Shown here piece after piece: positions 37,501 to 51,642 of a stretch of 64,000 nt of DNA. The number at the start of each line of letters is the position of its first letter. The first letter of the stretch is position 1. A program made the translations under genes and the position numbers. The notes beneath the pieces are model-generated. The model ran no database searches. It saw nothing but the letters and a program-made list of their open reading frames with translations, and was not told the origin of the DNA. Source of the stretch: Spironucleus salmonicida (lineage: Eukaryota); the NCBI RefSeq assembly GCF_000497125.1, contig NC_090598.1, positions 62,001-126,000 on the forward strand, given 5' to 3'.

Positions 37501-40500
37501 GCTAATTCATACTCTTTTTTATACTCATATAATTTAGGTTTCAAATCAATACCCAAAGCAAACATATTAAAATATGTTTAAATTAATTCTAAAGTAAAAT
37601 TATATACATCAAACTATAAATGTTATTAAATTTAGCCTAGTTATTCTTTATATTAAAATAGTAGTTGTTAAAATATACTAACTACATTAACATCCTCAAT
37701 TTAACTAAATATTCCTGCTGAAACAAATATATCTTCAATTGCAGCGTTCTAGATGTTTATATCAGATAAATTTTAAAGATATTGATCTAACTTTTCCTTG
37801 AAATTTAATTCAAAATTTTCTTGATTAAAATATGGCTAAAAAGACGCATCTTTTACAAATTTTATTTATTCATCAAAAATAAATCGAATAGCCAATAAAC
37901 CTCTTAATATAAGATCTTACTACTATACTATTACCAATCCATTAATTGAATCTAAATAACCTAGTTACTAATTTATTTACATGAGAATATCTGTGTTTAA
38001 TTATTTGGTTAATGATTCTTATTCCCTATATCTCAAAGATCTAGCATACGCACAGCATCTGTCTGATACTTTAGATAGTGAAATATTATGATCCAATAAA
38101 TATGAAATTTAAATCTATTGGTGTTCTAAAAACTCCATTAAATCTAAAAATAATAACTATATATCCTACGGAATAGTAGAGGATTGGAAAACTGATTTTA
38201 ATGTTTAACTTGCTGTACTCCTTAGTTCATTCACCATATTATTGTCAGTAATAAAGCTGAAAAATGAATAATTTAATAAGGATTTCGCAAACTAAACTGA
38301 ATTTGTGGCTAACTCATAACAATCTCTAATAATTGGTACTGGACTATGTGATATCAATGCTAGGTTGAAATTTTGAATCCATTATCTCCATTGCATTTCG
38401 TCTAAAATATCTTCGCAAACCCAAACTTTTTTAGGTATGTTATTAACAACTTCTACTTATTCTATTTATAATTATAACTAGTCATAACCAGAGGTAGATG
38501 GAGGTATTGGTGTAACAATATTTGATGTTTATGATGATAAAAATTACTCAACTATTTATTCTGTTTGGTAATCTTTATTAACCACAATATTTACATTAGA
38601 ATGTAATACATTTGCTACATAATTATCAGTTATCATTGTTTTACTATAATATTCAGTAATAAACTAAACAGCCAAATATTGATCAATTAATATATTATTA
38701 AGGTATAATGATAAAATTGCATTAAATACATAACTATAATATTAACATTCCATCATAACATCATTAATAATAGGAATAAAAATTTTAAACTTTTTACCAG
38801 TTGAACATGCAAATATTTATAAAGTCTCAAATGCTTTCATCCCTACAGGGTTATTTGAAAATGAATTCTATTAATTTGGAAAACTTTATTAAAACTAGTA
38901 ATACGATGATTTCATTAATAAAATTAATGACTAAACAGTTAAACTTGAAACATTATTAATTTTGATATAAGCAAATATACGTCCAATTACATCCAATGTA
39001 GCAATTTAAAAATCTTACGATTTGTGATTAGTTAATACAAATAACTATGGTATAATTAATTTTAACTATGATTTTAAATGAGGCAATAATACTATAATTA
39101 AATTATAACTAGAAATAACTAAATCTATATCTATAATTTCTTACGTATATAGATATAATAATTTTTCAATAAGTGCGGTATTATTTTCAATAAAATCATC
39201 TTAAGGAAGCCTTTTAGATAACTCCTCCATTAAGATGAATGCCTTACTTAGTAACTAATCTTATAACATAATACTATAAGTAAAACTAAATAATTGTCTA
39301 GCAAATATTTTTATACCATTCTCAAGAAAATGTACAATTATTATCAACTCCTATAATAAGGAATCCTAAAACTCAGTGTTATCTGAATTTTAAACTAAAT
39401 TTATAATTTAGGTCAATGCTTCTTGTATAAGATTCGTTGAAATATCTGGTTTTTTAAGTATTTTTCTAATTAAAATAACTGCCTATAACTAGTTTTTATA
39501 ATTAGACTCTTCTTTAATAATTCCAATTAATAGCTAAAATATATGAGTCAGTAAATCATTATCTTTAATTTAAGTTTAACCAACAATATTAAGTTTAACA
39601 ATCTCATTTTTATCAATAACAGTATCAGTTATGATATCAAAAACTGCTGCACCATGGGATATAATTTCAGATACTTTCTCTGTTTTCTTTACAATAAAAC
39701 TAAGTTCTTCTGGTATCTTATATATGAATTATTTATTAATAACTCCCAATATTACTAGAGTTTTTGCAGCGGACTCTTTTAATTCTTCGTCGGTTAAAAT
39801 TAACTAAACTAATTTTTTGAATAAATTGTCATTAATAGTATACGGAACTACAGATACTCCAGTATTATAAACTATATTCTATAAGCACAACAAACTAAGC
39901 TGTACAATACTTTTATTTTTAGAACAAATTTATAGATAAATAATATTGACTGCCTTTGGTAAATGAATATATATTTCATTACAAATAAACATCTGCTATA
40001 AAATTTATAGTGCTAAAATTATTTCCTGGTCTCTATCTAAGATGAATACATTAAAAATAGAATCAATTGCAGATGCAAAATATGGTATTAATTAAACATA
40101 GCATGAATTTACTAATGTAAGCATTAATGATAATGCTTGTTTACGCTATTCTAAATCTAACTATTTCTGATTTAATTCAAATACTTAACTCAAAAAAATT
40201 TCTCTAATTTTTGGTAAAACAAAAGTAGGATTTAAGGAAGATATCCTTCCTATTACTTCAAATATATTATGACGAACACTAAACTCTTAATCAGAAACAG
40301 AAACAAATAAAATCTCAATATTTTCTTATAAAGCTAAATAATCATCAAATTTAGAGTTATTAAGCAATTACTTGCTAAGTTCATATCTAACTTATTTTTA
40401 TACATCTGAAACTATTGTTATTATTACTTATGTTAAAGCCATATTGACCACCTAATTATTTGAATTTTAGATATGTTTAAGGATAACTGAGCCAGCTGCG

Positions 40501-41741
40501 CATCTAACTTTTGAACTGCTATGTGTTAAATATCGAGTAATATAATCAGTACAAAAATCTGTTAAATTAAGCCAATCAAAATCAAACTATATTAATGATT
40601 GCAAGCATAGAATAGAATTCTATGTATATTTTCCTGTAAAATCATAGTTAATATCAAATAAAGCAATCCCAGTGAGCTCAACAGCAATTGTCTATAATAA
40701 TTAATAATTAAGTTCCTATAAATTTAGATACTAAATTGCATTTATAGAATATTCTGATAACTACTGTTAAAATATCTTTTACGAAATAATTTGTCTATTT
40801 GCATGAACTAACGTACTACACTCTTTTGCTAGGATTTTTATACATATTAATGCATCTTCAGAAAAATTTTATTGAGAAATTTCATTCCATATCTATTTAA
40901 AATAAGTAGATATATGTTATTACCCAACATTCTAAATAATATTAGCTATTTCTACTAAAGAATGATTTGTTAATAAATAACTCATTATTTTAGGTAAAGA
41001 TAATATAAAAACATCCCTACAATGGGTAGACATTAATGAAAAAACTATTGGATATTTAGGTTTATCTAAAATAAGTTGCAATATTTTAGGATAGTATAAA
41101 ATAAATTAACTACTAGGCTCCTATATATCTCCTTATTCTAATAACTACTTTAATATATCAACTGAATGTCCTTTTGGCAATACGTTAATCAAATACTCAT
41201 AACCAATATCAATCTTGAGTAAAGCTACAAATGCTTAAATTTCCTCTGATTCATATACATGTTTAATATACCCTTACGCCTTTTCGATATTTGTAACTGC
41301 AATATTAGACAGCATAATACATATTTAAGGTTTAAACTATTTCTATGATATTTTACTATCAACTTCATACCATGTAGTTTATAATATATTTGAGCTATCT
41401 TCATTTTTTTATAATAATAATACAAGCTTTGATGCTTATTGACATGTTGATTTATTAAAACAAAGTGAAATAATTTACTTTTCTAAAAAATGTATTGGTA
41501 AATAAATAGGCGCATTGTTAATAATATTTTCCAGTATATTTAAAGCAGCTAAATTTTACCATAAATATTAGTTATCAATAAGTTAAATTATAAATATCTA
41601 AAATTATTCTAATAATGCATTTCTTTTATCTTAAAATAAATCCATTTACTACTTTTTCATAAGTATAACTAATTTTCTGACAGCTTTTATTCGTTAATTT
41701 TCATGTTTAAAATCATTTATATATTCAGCAAACTTAATCAT
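34524..41741 (-). CDS. TOR: Target of rapamycin kinase (~2405 aa)
   Basis: HEAT/FAT regions, FRB start [54 protein letters not shown] and FATC end GWCPFW*. Confidence 0.96.
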
Positions 41742-41840
41742 TTAATATCCAAATTACTATAATATATAATAATTATATAGTATTTTTAAAAAATTAGTAA
41801 ATATTAATATTATTTTATATATTTAGAATGTAAATTCGTA

Positions 41841-42803
41841 ATGAAATCAATATTTTTTTTCTCATTTTTCTTTGTCTTTTTTGTTATTTTCTTCTCATTA
41901 TCAATGTTATCATTATGTCTATCCAGTGATGTCAGTAGTTCTAAACGTAAATTTTATGACTCATATATTAGAAATATAAAACTACTACATTCAATCATCC
42001 TATCATTTAATTCTAAATCTATTGTTCCCTATGTTATTTTCTTATATGGAATTGTTATTTCATCAATATTCGTCCACAAAGAATTATTGACATAAACTAA
42101 ATAAATTAAGATTAGTCTGTTTAAAATTATCTCTTTAGTCCCTCCTAATTTAACATCTATTCAGAAAATATTCATAATCATTTTTTACATTATTTAACCA
42201 TTATCATATACTATTCTTCTCTTCCGTACTTTTAAGACAAATAAAGTCTTCAAATCTGATCTTATATATTATAAATTGGAAAATCGCTAAAGATACTGCA
42301 AATTATGTGATAAAAATGTTGCTAAGTTTGATCATCATTGCGCATGGGTCGGTTCGTGTGTTGGTGCCGGTAACCATTTTTGGTTCACTATATTTTTGAC
42401 ATCTACAGCTTTAGTTAATATAGGAATTGGAATTTGGAACTATTTTATATTTTAATAGCTTAAACTTTAGTTATAATTTACATAAATATGGCATTACTAT
42501 GCTTCTTTTCTAATTTAAACATGGATGTGTACATTTATAGGTCTAGCAATATCACCGTTTGCAATAATGCATATACGTAATCTCATATTAAATCAGACAA
42601 CTTTTGAGCGTTTAAAAAAAGAGTTGATAATAAGACAGCTTTAAGATTGTAAAATTTTTATTTCGAATTAGTTTGAAGTAGTAGAAGTCAATAATGATAC
42701 ATTCAATTTAGAAGAGAGTCTGAACATAATGAGGCATCGAAATATATGGAATTAAGGTATTTTAGGTAATATAAAAGAAAGTATATCTACTGCATTCAAA
42801 TGA
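41841..42803 (+). CDS. DHHC palmitoyl acyltransferase (320 aa)
   Basis: YCKLCDKNVAKFDHHCAWVGSCVGAGNH, NQTTFE, NIWNQG and TM segments. Confidence 0.93.
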
Positions 42804-42818
42804 TAATTGTTAAATCAC

Positions 42819-45800
42819 TCATTTCCAAGAATTTTCTACTTCCACTAAATAATCAATTATTTATGGGGAAATATTACCAAAAATATCATTTACTTCTTTA
42901 ATAATAGAAAATTTACAATCTTAATCTTATAAAATTTAATAAAAATATATCTCTGCTCTAAAGTCTTTCTGATATTGATATCTAAGCTGCTAAATACCGG
43001 CCTCTGCATCTATTATATTATCAACTAATATTAATTTCAAACATTATTTTAACTAATCATCTATTTAAGGTTAAATAGATTATTATAACTAAAATTATAA
43101 TCTAAATTTTTCTATTTCTTCTGAGAATTTGTTTCTTTTATCTATTCTTTAATTTTATAGTAGTAATTCAGTAAAATTAGGAACCAAACTAATTCCTAAT
43201 AAGTTTGTTTCAATTTAATTTTAAAATACTGTGCCACTCTCTTCTTTGAATTTATAATACACAGGTATAGGCTGTGAGTAATATTAATTATTTGAAGCAA
43301 CAAAATTAATATTACTTTATATATTTATTTCCTAATTATTTAATTTGAACAGATTAGTCTACACACGTTTGATTCCATTATATACAGTATTAATAGTTTC
43401 TGATGGCAAATTAACACATGAAAATACTTCATCACGTAACTTAATTAAATTAAATGTAAAATTTTTTTCATGCATTAAATTTTATGCATACTTATTAGTT
43501 ATTAGTACTTGTAAAGCTTATTAAGCAGTAAATCTTGTTTTTTCAAATTTACAGTAAACTGATAATTATAGGATTTTTGAAAATATTTAGTCAAAATCAT
43601 TAAACAGTAATCTTCCTTCTTCTATTCCACAAATTAAAGCAAAAGCCCATAAATTACCTCTAAAAGAATATCTTTCATAATCTTCTGAGTATAATTTTTG
43701 CTAAATTTCAGCTACAAGTCCACTTTATAAAATCAAATTCCGCCCAAATTCATGAAGGCTTAAACTAACTAAAACTGATCCTCTAGCATATGACTAACAT
43801 GAAGAAAATGATTAGTTTTGAATTTAAACTGTCCTGTTCTACCAAAAATCTTTTCTGACGATTTCTGGAATGTCATCTAATGATTCTGGAAGCTATAAAA
43901 CAACCCTACCACAAGAATTATTATGTGGTAAACATAGAAAATCATAAGCAAATTGATCTTATGTAGTGTAATATATATCAGAAGAATAATCTGAGTTTCT
44001 AATAATTTTATCGTAATTCGAATCTTTAATTGACGAAGATAATTACCGTGTAAGAGATAAAAACTATTTATATTCTAAATTATGTACCCATCGATAAATC
44101 CATTACTAATTAAGACTAGATAATATTGTATTTACTCCTAAAAATTTGCATCCTTTTTCTGATTACATTATTTTAACTCTTAAATACTATCCTAAATTTT
44201 TCCAATTATCTAAATTAATCTGATTATCAACAAATATATCTACGTCTTCAATTGAAACTAATTCTTCAATAATACATAAACATGCCACAGCTATCTCGGG
44301 CTATATATCATTAATCATTGGTACTAAGCAATATAATGCCCATTTCTCGTCTTCTTTTGATATTAGCATAGATTAATGTTAGATATTAGAGCAGTTAAAA
44401 CACAGGCAACTACAAATTGGTTTTGACAAATTAAGAAAATACTATCTTTTTCTAAATTATTAAGCTAAGCGATTGACACTTTAATATCTAATTCTAACAT
44501 CATGTGACTGTAAGAATCCTTAAATTGCTACCTTTACTTTATCATTTTCTGAATATTTTCTTAAACAATTTTTGCCACAAATGCAGGTTGTTGACTTTTA
44601 TTCCTTAGCACTTTAACAAGAAGGTGAAAGACTTATTATCAAAAATGAAATTAATGATGGATGTATTTGCTTAATTTGAAGTTCATATAATATATCAATT
44701 ATTTAAAAATCATCCATAACTTAACAACATTCATATGATAACGAAAGCACTCCTAAAATTGATGATATTATTGCAATATGTTACCTATTATATTATTATT
44801 CATTCAAAGTAAATGTTAAATGTTCCACTATGAGATGAAATATCTTACTACTTTTAATCATGATAATACCACTTTAATACTGTATTAACTTACTCAAAAA
44901 ATTTAAACAAATTTAGCCAATTCTTGCAGTTTAATTACAAATAGGCAAGGAAAGTAATGAAGTATATTTAATTGAATTTTTAAGAAGATCATTAAAAGCT
45001 TAATAATCATAGTTCTCTTTTAAATCTGGTAAGGGTGGTAAAAAGGCAAATAGATAATTTTTATTCGATTTTATATTATCAATTTAAAGTTCTATAGTAC
45101 CATCTATAAATTAAATTAAAAACTCTAATAACTTAGTATTACTTTAAATGAAAACAGAAGACATGTGATGATTGATAATAATATTAATTTGCTCCCAATT
45201 CCATTTAATAGGTTCATCTTAATAATCCCAAATATTAAGTTCAGTCAACTAAGGATCTGTTGAAAACAGCAGATTATTCTATAATTCAGACTTTTATGTG
45301 ATAAATCTTGAATATTTTTCCTCCTCTATTAGATAATCATGACACGTAGACTCATTAACCTCCGCAACTAATGTTTTTGTCTTAGAAATTAGTAAACTAT
45401 TTTACGAATATTAATTTGAATAAGAATTAACTGGAATGAATATTTTATGTCGATAATAATCATATACAATAGGAACGTGAGTTTTACAAATATTTAAAAA
45501 CTCTGATAAAATATAAAGAAACGCTGAGATAACTTAAATACTTGATCTTTTGCATATTTAATAAATAACAGCCTCAAAAAATCCTATTTCAAGTAGCCTA
45601 TATATCAAATTTGTCATATAAGAAATTGATAAATTTTATCCATATTTGTTTCCTATAAATGAAGTAGGAATAAGCTTCTAATATTAAATCCTTTCTAACC
45701 CATCTAAGTACATATAAATATATGTAAGAGTTTGCGTCTAGCTACTATTAAATTACTAATCTAATAATCCCGAAATAAGTGGATAAAATATACTGTTTCC

Positions 45801-47294
45801 ATAATTATCCAATCTAATATGATCTACTTCTATTAAGTTTCCACAATTTAATAGTGAATAAATATTCTTTCTAGAATTATTTTCTAACAATAAAGCATCC
45901 GAAATAAAGTTTATGCATGCTATTAATTATGTGGACTTGTTTAATGAAGACAACATAATACAAAAATTTTAACCTAATTCTACACGTTAAGTAAAAAATT
46001 AAAGACCTTCAGGTAATTTAATCAAAAAAGATAAAAATGCTTGACTAAACTAAAGAATAGGTGTATTATCTAATGTCAAAGATATATCTATCTTCTGCTC
46101 TTTTTTTAATTCTTAACTAGATACTAACTAAGGAGATAATCCTAAAAACTAATTAATTTTATTTTCTATACTCTAAACTTCTTACTAACACTATTTTTCA
46201 ATCTGAAATAATACTGTTAACTCTTTTTCTTTTTGTGACTATCTTTTTTCTAAATTGCTAATCTGAACATTAAGGTCATTAACTTTTGTTTCTGATGTTC
46301 TTAACTATTATTAATGTTTTTCATAATTCTCTATCTAAATGAGCTACTAAGGTGACTTTTTTGCCTGATTGTGTTCTTGTTTGTTCATTGTTTTTTATAG
46401 TTCAATAAATTTTTCTTTAAGTATTTATAATACTTCTCTCTAACTTACTAAATTCGGTTACTATTTAATAATATCTTATTATAACTCTTTAATTTCATCT
46501 TTCTTATTAGTAATATTAATTTTAGCAATCTTCACACGTTTTTATTATGTAACTAATTCAAATTTTAATCCCTCTAAACTAATATTAGCTATAGTAATAT
46601 TTTTATTTTCTGTTTTTAAAGAATTATCTTATTTAATTAATTATGCTAAATTCTATACAACTTTTCCTAAAGATACATAATCTACATATAATGGAGATTA
46701 AATAAGCCATGATATAGCATGTATAATATACACTATATCTGTAAAATTGTCTGATTATAATGCAATACTAATAAATATTTAAACAAAAATTGGATTTACT
46801 TTATTATTTACAAATACTGCTACTAAATTACACTTAAATTAAGAAAAATGATAAAAAATAGCTTTTAATAATAAGCTCGAAATGTCTCCTGTAGATAATT
46901 ATTCTAGGCAACTAATATAGATAGATTAATTCTATTTATATTTAATTATATGTCTAGATAGTAGATACTGGCCTCCATTCATCTTTAACTACGTCAAAAA
47001 CATAGAATCTTTGAAAGAAAATTTTTGTATTAAATTTGCAATTAATATTGAAGTAGATTAATAATCTATTGATAACAACTATCTAACTAACTACGAAATA
47101 GCTATTGGGTTTGGATGTGTATTCATGAAAGTTTTATAGCTCTTTGGTTATTTTGAACTTATAACACTAATAAAATCAGTAAATTCGCCAATCTTAATAT
47201 TAAGTTTCTATAACACTGATAATTAAGGATCATCATTCTGTATTTAATCTAAAATGTTCCACAGATCATTTATAAATATACCGATTTAATCCAT
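42819..47294 (-). CDS. Rictor/Avo3-like TORC2 subunit (~1491 aa)
   Basis: Coiled coil followed by a helical-repeat region. DEPIKWNWEQI parallels Rictor KD..KWNW..I; SLSLHEFGRNLILQSG and RGNLWAFALICGIEEGRLLF parallel Rictor domain-5 motifs. Confidence 0.6.
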
Positions 47295-47365
47295 TAATAA
47301 ATATGATAAATATAAAATTTAATATATAAAATAATAACATATAAAAATTCAGCAAAAATTAAAAA

Positions 47366-48001
47366 ATGAGCTCTTCAGATTTAGATTTCTTAGAATCTTC
47401 GAAAAGTTCCCTTAATTTTCTGAATTCTGTAACTTCATAGAACAGCTTATAGCCTATTCAATCAATGAATTTTCTAGATATATCATCAGTATAGGAACCT
47501 ATAAATAAAGAAGATTCTAGTTTAGTATAGCAAATTAAAAGATAAAAATAACTTATATTACGCTAAAAATAAGAAATTAATAGACTAAAAAATATCAACC
47601 TTATTAATGATGAACGAATTTAAGAATATTAAGATTAAACTTTAAGTTAATTTAATGAAAATTAAAAAATAATCTAATTAGCATAGTAATTGAAGTAAAA
47701 TAATGATATAAGTGATTCGCAAAAGAGAATAGAATAGTAAGTAATTTTTGATTTATTAGAATTTATTAAAGTTTAATCATAAAATAATTAAGATCTTATT
47801 TAAGGAATTTACTCTACGACTTTAAATGCCTAAAGTTATATCCTAGCTATGAAAAAATAATTTGATTAATATGAAATAAAATATAAAGAAATGAAAAAAC
47901 GAATTAACAAATTACAAAATGATAAATTAGATGCTTAAAAATGTCTCCTTATTCAATCTACTTAATTCTAGCAGAAACTTAGTTAACTAAGATTACAGTG
48001 A
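47366..48001 (+). CDS. Hypothetical Gln-rich coiled-coil protein (211 aa)
   Basis: MSSSDLDFLE...LRLQ*, ending in AGTGA. Confidence 0.7.
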
Positions 48002-48450
48002 CATTTAAAAAAATACTAAAATAATATTATTTTTATTATGAAAGAGAGTATAAAGTCAATTTATCACTAAATTTTAATTCACTTAGAAAACTAGTTATTG
48101 CTTTAATTTTTAATAAAATATTTCATAGACTGATTTTATTTTTTAAGACCAACAGTATTATCAATATATTTATACTTTTTTCTATCATATTAATAATCAC
48201 TTGTAAAAACTATACAATTTATCATTAAATAGAATTTAACACATAATATACGTAATTATATTTAGAGTAAATTATATATACTTATTAACATAAATTTTAA
48301 TAAATATTCAAAAAGTATACAATAGAATATATTAATATCATTATAAAACATTCATTTAGTAACCAAGTAACTATACAAAAGTTAGTAATTATAATCATAC
48401 CTATATATATTATTATTCATGTAAAATTATACAAATGCATTTCCTTCATA

Positions 48451-48567
48451 ATGATTCACTGTGATACTTACGTTGACCCTTATACTGGATTTGTTACATG
48501 TCAATTACCTACCAATTATCTATGTTGTAGTGATGAATAATCAGGTATTGAAGAAGAATAATAATGA
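48451..48567 (+). CDS. Candidate 38-aa Cys-containing micro-protein
   Basis: MIHCDTYVDPYTGFVTCQLPTNYLCCSDEQSGIEEEQQ*. Preceded by tttccttcata, nearly identical to the enolase leader tttccttcaa. Confidence 0.5.
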
Positions 48568-49056
48568 GTATATTTTTATATATTAATTAGCATTATCATC
48601 TATAAGAATACGAAGAAAAAGATACATTGTTATCAAATTATATTTTTACTTAGTGTCAGGTAAATTGTGAGCTACATTTTTATTTTCAGAATAGTAATTG
48701 TGTCATAAATAATTTATTCCTTACCTATTAAAAAATATTATTAGCGATTAAAATCTAACAATCTGCTTTTAGTATACTTTTATTAAATCGCAATATATTA
48801 TGCTCTTAAATAATAAATAGACCACTTTAAACGCATACACTTAAATTATAAAAATAATTATTCAAATATAATGTATTTAGATAAGTTTATGAATAGCTAA
48901 TATCACTAATAAGAAAAGTTATAATAATTTAGTTATTTATATGATACTTTCAGTAATATATCTTCAAAATTAGTTTTAAACCATGCGAGTATTGGTAATA
49001 GTTTATTATTTAAAATGAATTGAATTGCTAATTTAATATTTTTAATATTATAGTAC

Positions 49057-50026
49057 ATTTTAATCTCTCGTTGGCGCCGCTTTCACTATCGGTCAGGCCG
49101 TTTTGTATGTCTTCACTGGTATGTATGGTAACTTTGCCGAACTGGGCGCCTTCAATGCCATCGCAATCGTGCTCCAGTTGTCTGGTGCTTCTATTATCTT
49201 GTAGATGCTGGACCACATGATGGAGTAGGGTTGGGGCGTCGGGTCCGGTTAGTCACTTTTCACCACTGCCTAGACTTGTGAGTCCATCATTTGGAAAACA
49301 TTTTCGTTCATGAAAATTGACAGAGGCTACGGCACTGAGATCGAGGGTGCAATTCCTGCAGCGATCTACATGATTGTAAACAGAGGCAACAAACTCGAGG
49401 CCGTGAAGCTTGCCTTTATACGCCATGGCCTTCCCAACTTGGTAGATGTCATCTCCACCCTGGTAATATTTTTCGTTGTTGTGTACCTTTAAGGAATTAG
49501 GAAAAATATCAAGATTGTTCACGAGCAAGCTGGCGACCAGATGCAGCAGTCCTACCCCATCAAGCTCCTTTATGCCTCATCAACGCCCATGATGATCATA
49601 TCAACCGTCACTCAAAATGTGTTTATGATATCCTAGGCTGTTTGGAGAAAATTAGGCAATAATTTTGTCACTGGCATTTTAGGCAAGTGGCAGGAGAATG
49701 AATAAAACCCGGGTAGCCCTTACCCCGTAGGCGGCCTTGCATGGATTTTAGCCCCTCCGTATTCTTTTAGATCTGCCATATTCCACCCCATACATACCCT
49801 GCTTCACGCTGTTATCGTGGTAACAATCTCCGGCTTCGCTGCCAAGATGTGGGTTAACTTTTCAGGGGAGTCCGCTAAGGACGTTGCTCAGAACCTTAAG
49901 GCCTCAAAGTGGATCATACCCGGGTTCAAGCGCGACCAGGAAATGGTCAGGGAACTCAACAGATACATCCCAGTTGCCGCTATGACCGGTGGAATCATCT
50001 TGGGTCTCCTCAGCTTGATTGCTGAT
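49057..50026 (+). pseudogene. Internal fragment of Sec61alpha (about codons 117-439), lacking the 5' end and last TM helix
   Basis: Inverted copy of 26501-27470. In-frame TGA at 49016 upstream with no native start; the frame ends IADYQNI* at 50041. Confidence 0.9.
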
Positions 50027-50643
50027 TACTAGAATATTTGATAAATCATATTAAAGGAATTGATTCTTAGCAATAGTCATAAAATGATATTGTTATACTA
50101 ATATATATGCGAGTCTTATGTTTATAGTATATTGATATTGTATAAATAATCATGATATCATTAAAATTTTACTTTAAAAACGTTTACGTTTCAATTATGA
50201 TTCATAAAGTATGAGAAGAAATATAATATAAGACATCTGTTATCATACAACAGCGGTTTACTGTATTAGGAGATATTACATAATTTTCATTTCTAAATAA
50301 TAGATAAATAAGTTATATACTAATTATTATTAATTAAAAATATCATAAATAGCTTGATCAAATAAAGTGAAACATGCCGTATTTAGCTAATTTATGAGAT
50401 ATAAATATTTTCAATATAAATATATTGTATTATGTCGATATCAATAAAAAACATCAACATTTTTTTATTCATCTATCTATTTTCGTCAATACTTGATTGA
50501 AGATTGAAGAGTGCTTTTATTCCCATATCTAGTATACTCATTATAGGTATATATGTAATATTTTATATAGCTCTAATAGTTTTCTATATTTCAAAAATTC
50601 TTTTTAGTTTTAATATTATATATTAAATAAATTTTTATAATTA

Positions 50644-51624
50644 ATGACAGACTAATTACCTTTAACTTTTGAATTTATTTGCCCATATTAGTCTCTTACT
50701 GCTTAGCTACCCTCGAGAGTATTGAAAGACGAAACATTCTTATATTACTAATAAAATATAAATATATTTTAACATGCCACGTTTTCCAATTTGGAATAAG
50801 ATGTTATTTATGAGGATATTCAAATAATCGCCGACAAATCAGGGTATCATGTACGATCGGGTTCATATATTTTACAGAGGAGATACTATAATTCTCAGCT
50901 CAATAGAATGTATTTATTTGGGATAATTTCCGCACTACTTAATGAAAATATACAAAATTTGAGAATTGGAGTAGGTTCTAAATTAATACATTAATATTTC
51001 AGTGAAGTTTTCCCAAAAATAGTCAATGAAAAACGATATTCTCCGTTAAATAAAAATATAAAGAATCCTATCGCTAATCCAGAAATAGTTTTGCAAATTA
51101 TTAAACTTATGAATAATAGATCTATAATTTTTTACCATATCGAAGCTAAATCCAAATTATCTGAGCAGTAATTACTATTTGGAGAATTTTCTGGTCCATT
51201 TTGGTATGACCAATATTATGAATAAATATATCTTATTAACTTAATCAAAAATTAAAAAGTACCACCTTAGCCAGTAAATTATATGGACTAAGCAGAATTA
51301 AATTTATAATTTATTGTTTAAGAAAATTAACCGATAACTGAGCCTGTTTAAAAATCAACCATTGTTACGGATCCCCAGGAAATTTAGCAAACTTTGTAAC
51401 CATCCTAGTCTTAAAACTGTGGCCAATAAGAGGAAAACAAACAAGATTTATTAATTTAATCAGAGGCAGAAGATCTAGTTTCTGAGTATTAGGAACCTCA
51501 ATTCCCCGACAAAAATATACTCACAGTTAGCGGATCAATGCAAGAAATAACATAACTTTTGTTATTCTTACAGGATAAAATAGGTTAAAATTCGATCTAA
51601 ATTAGCAAAATTTACACTAAATGA
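50644..51624 (+). CDS. Hypothetical protein (326 aa)
   Basis: Table-6 ORF MTDQLPLTFE...KIYTK*. Confidence 0.7.
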
Positions 51625-51642
51625 ATAATTTTTCGATCACTC

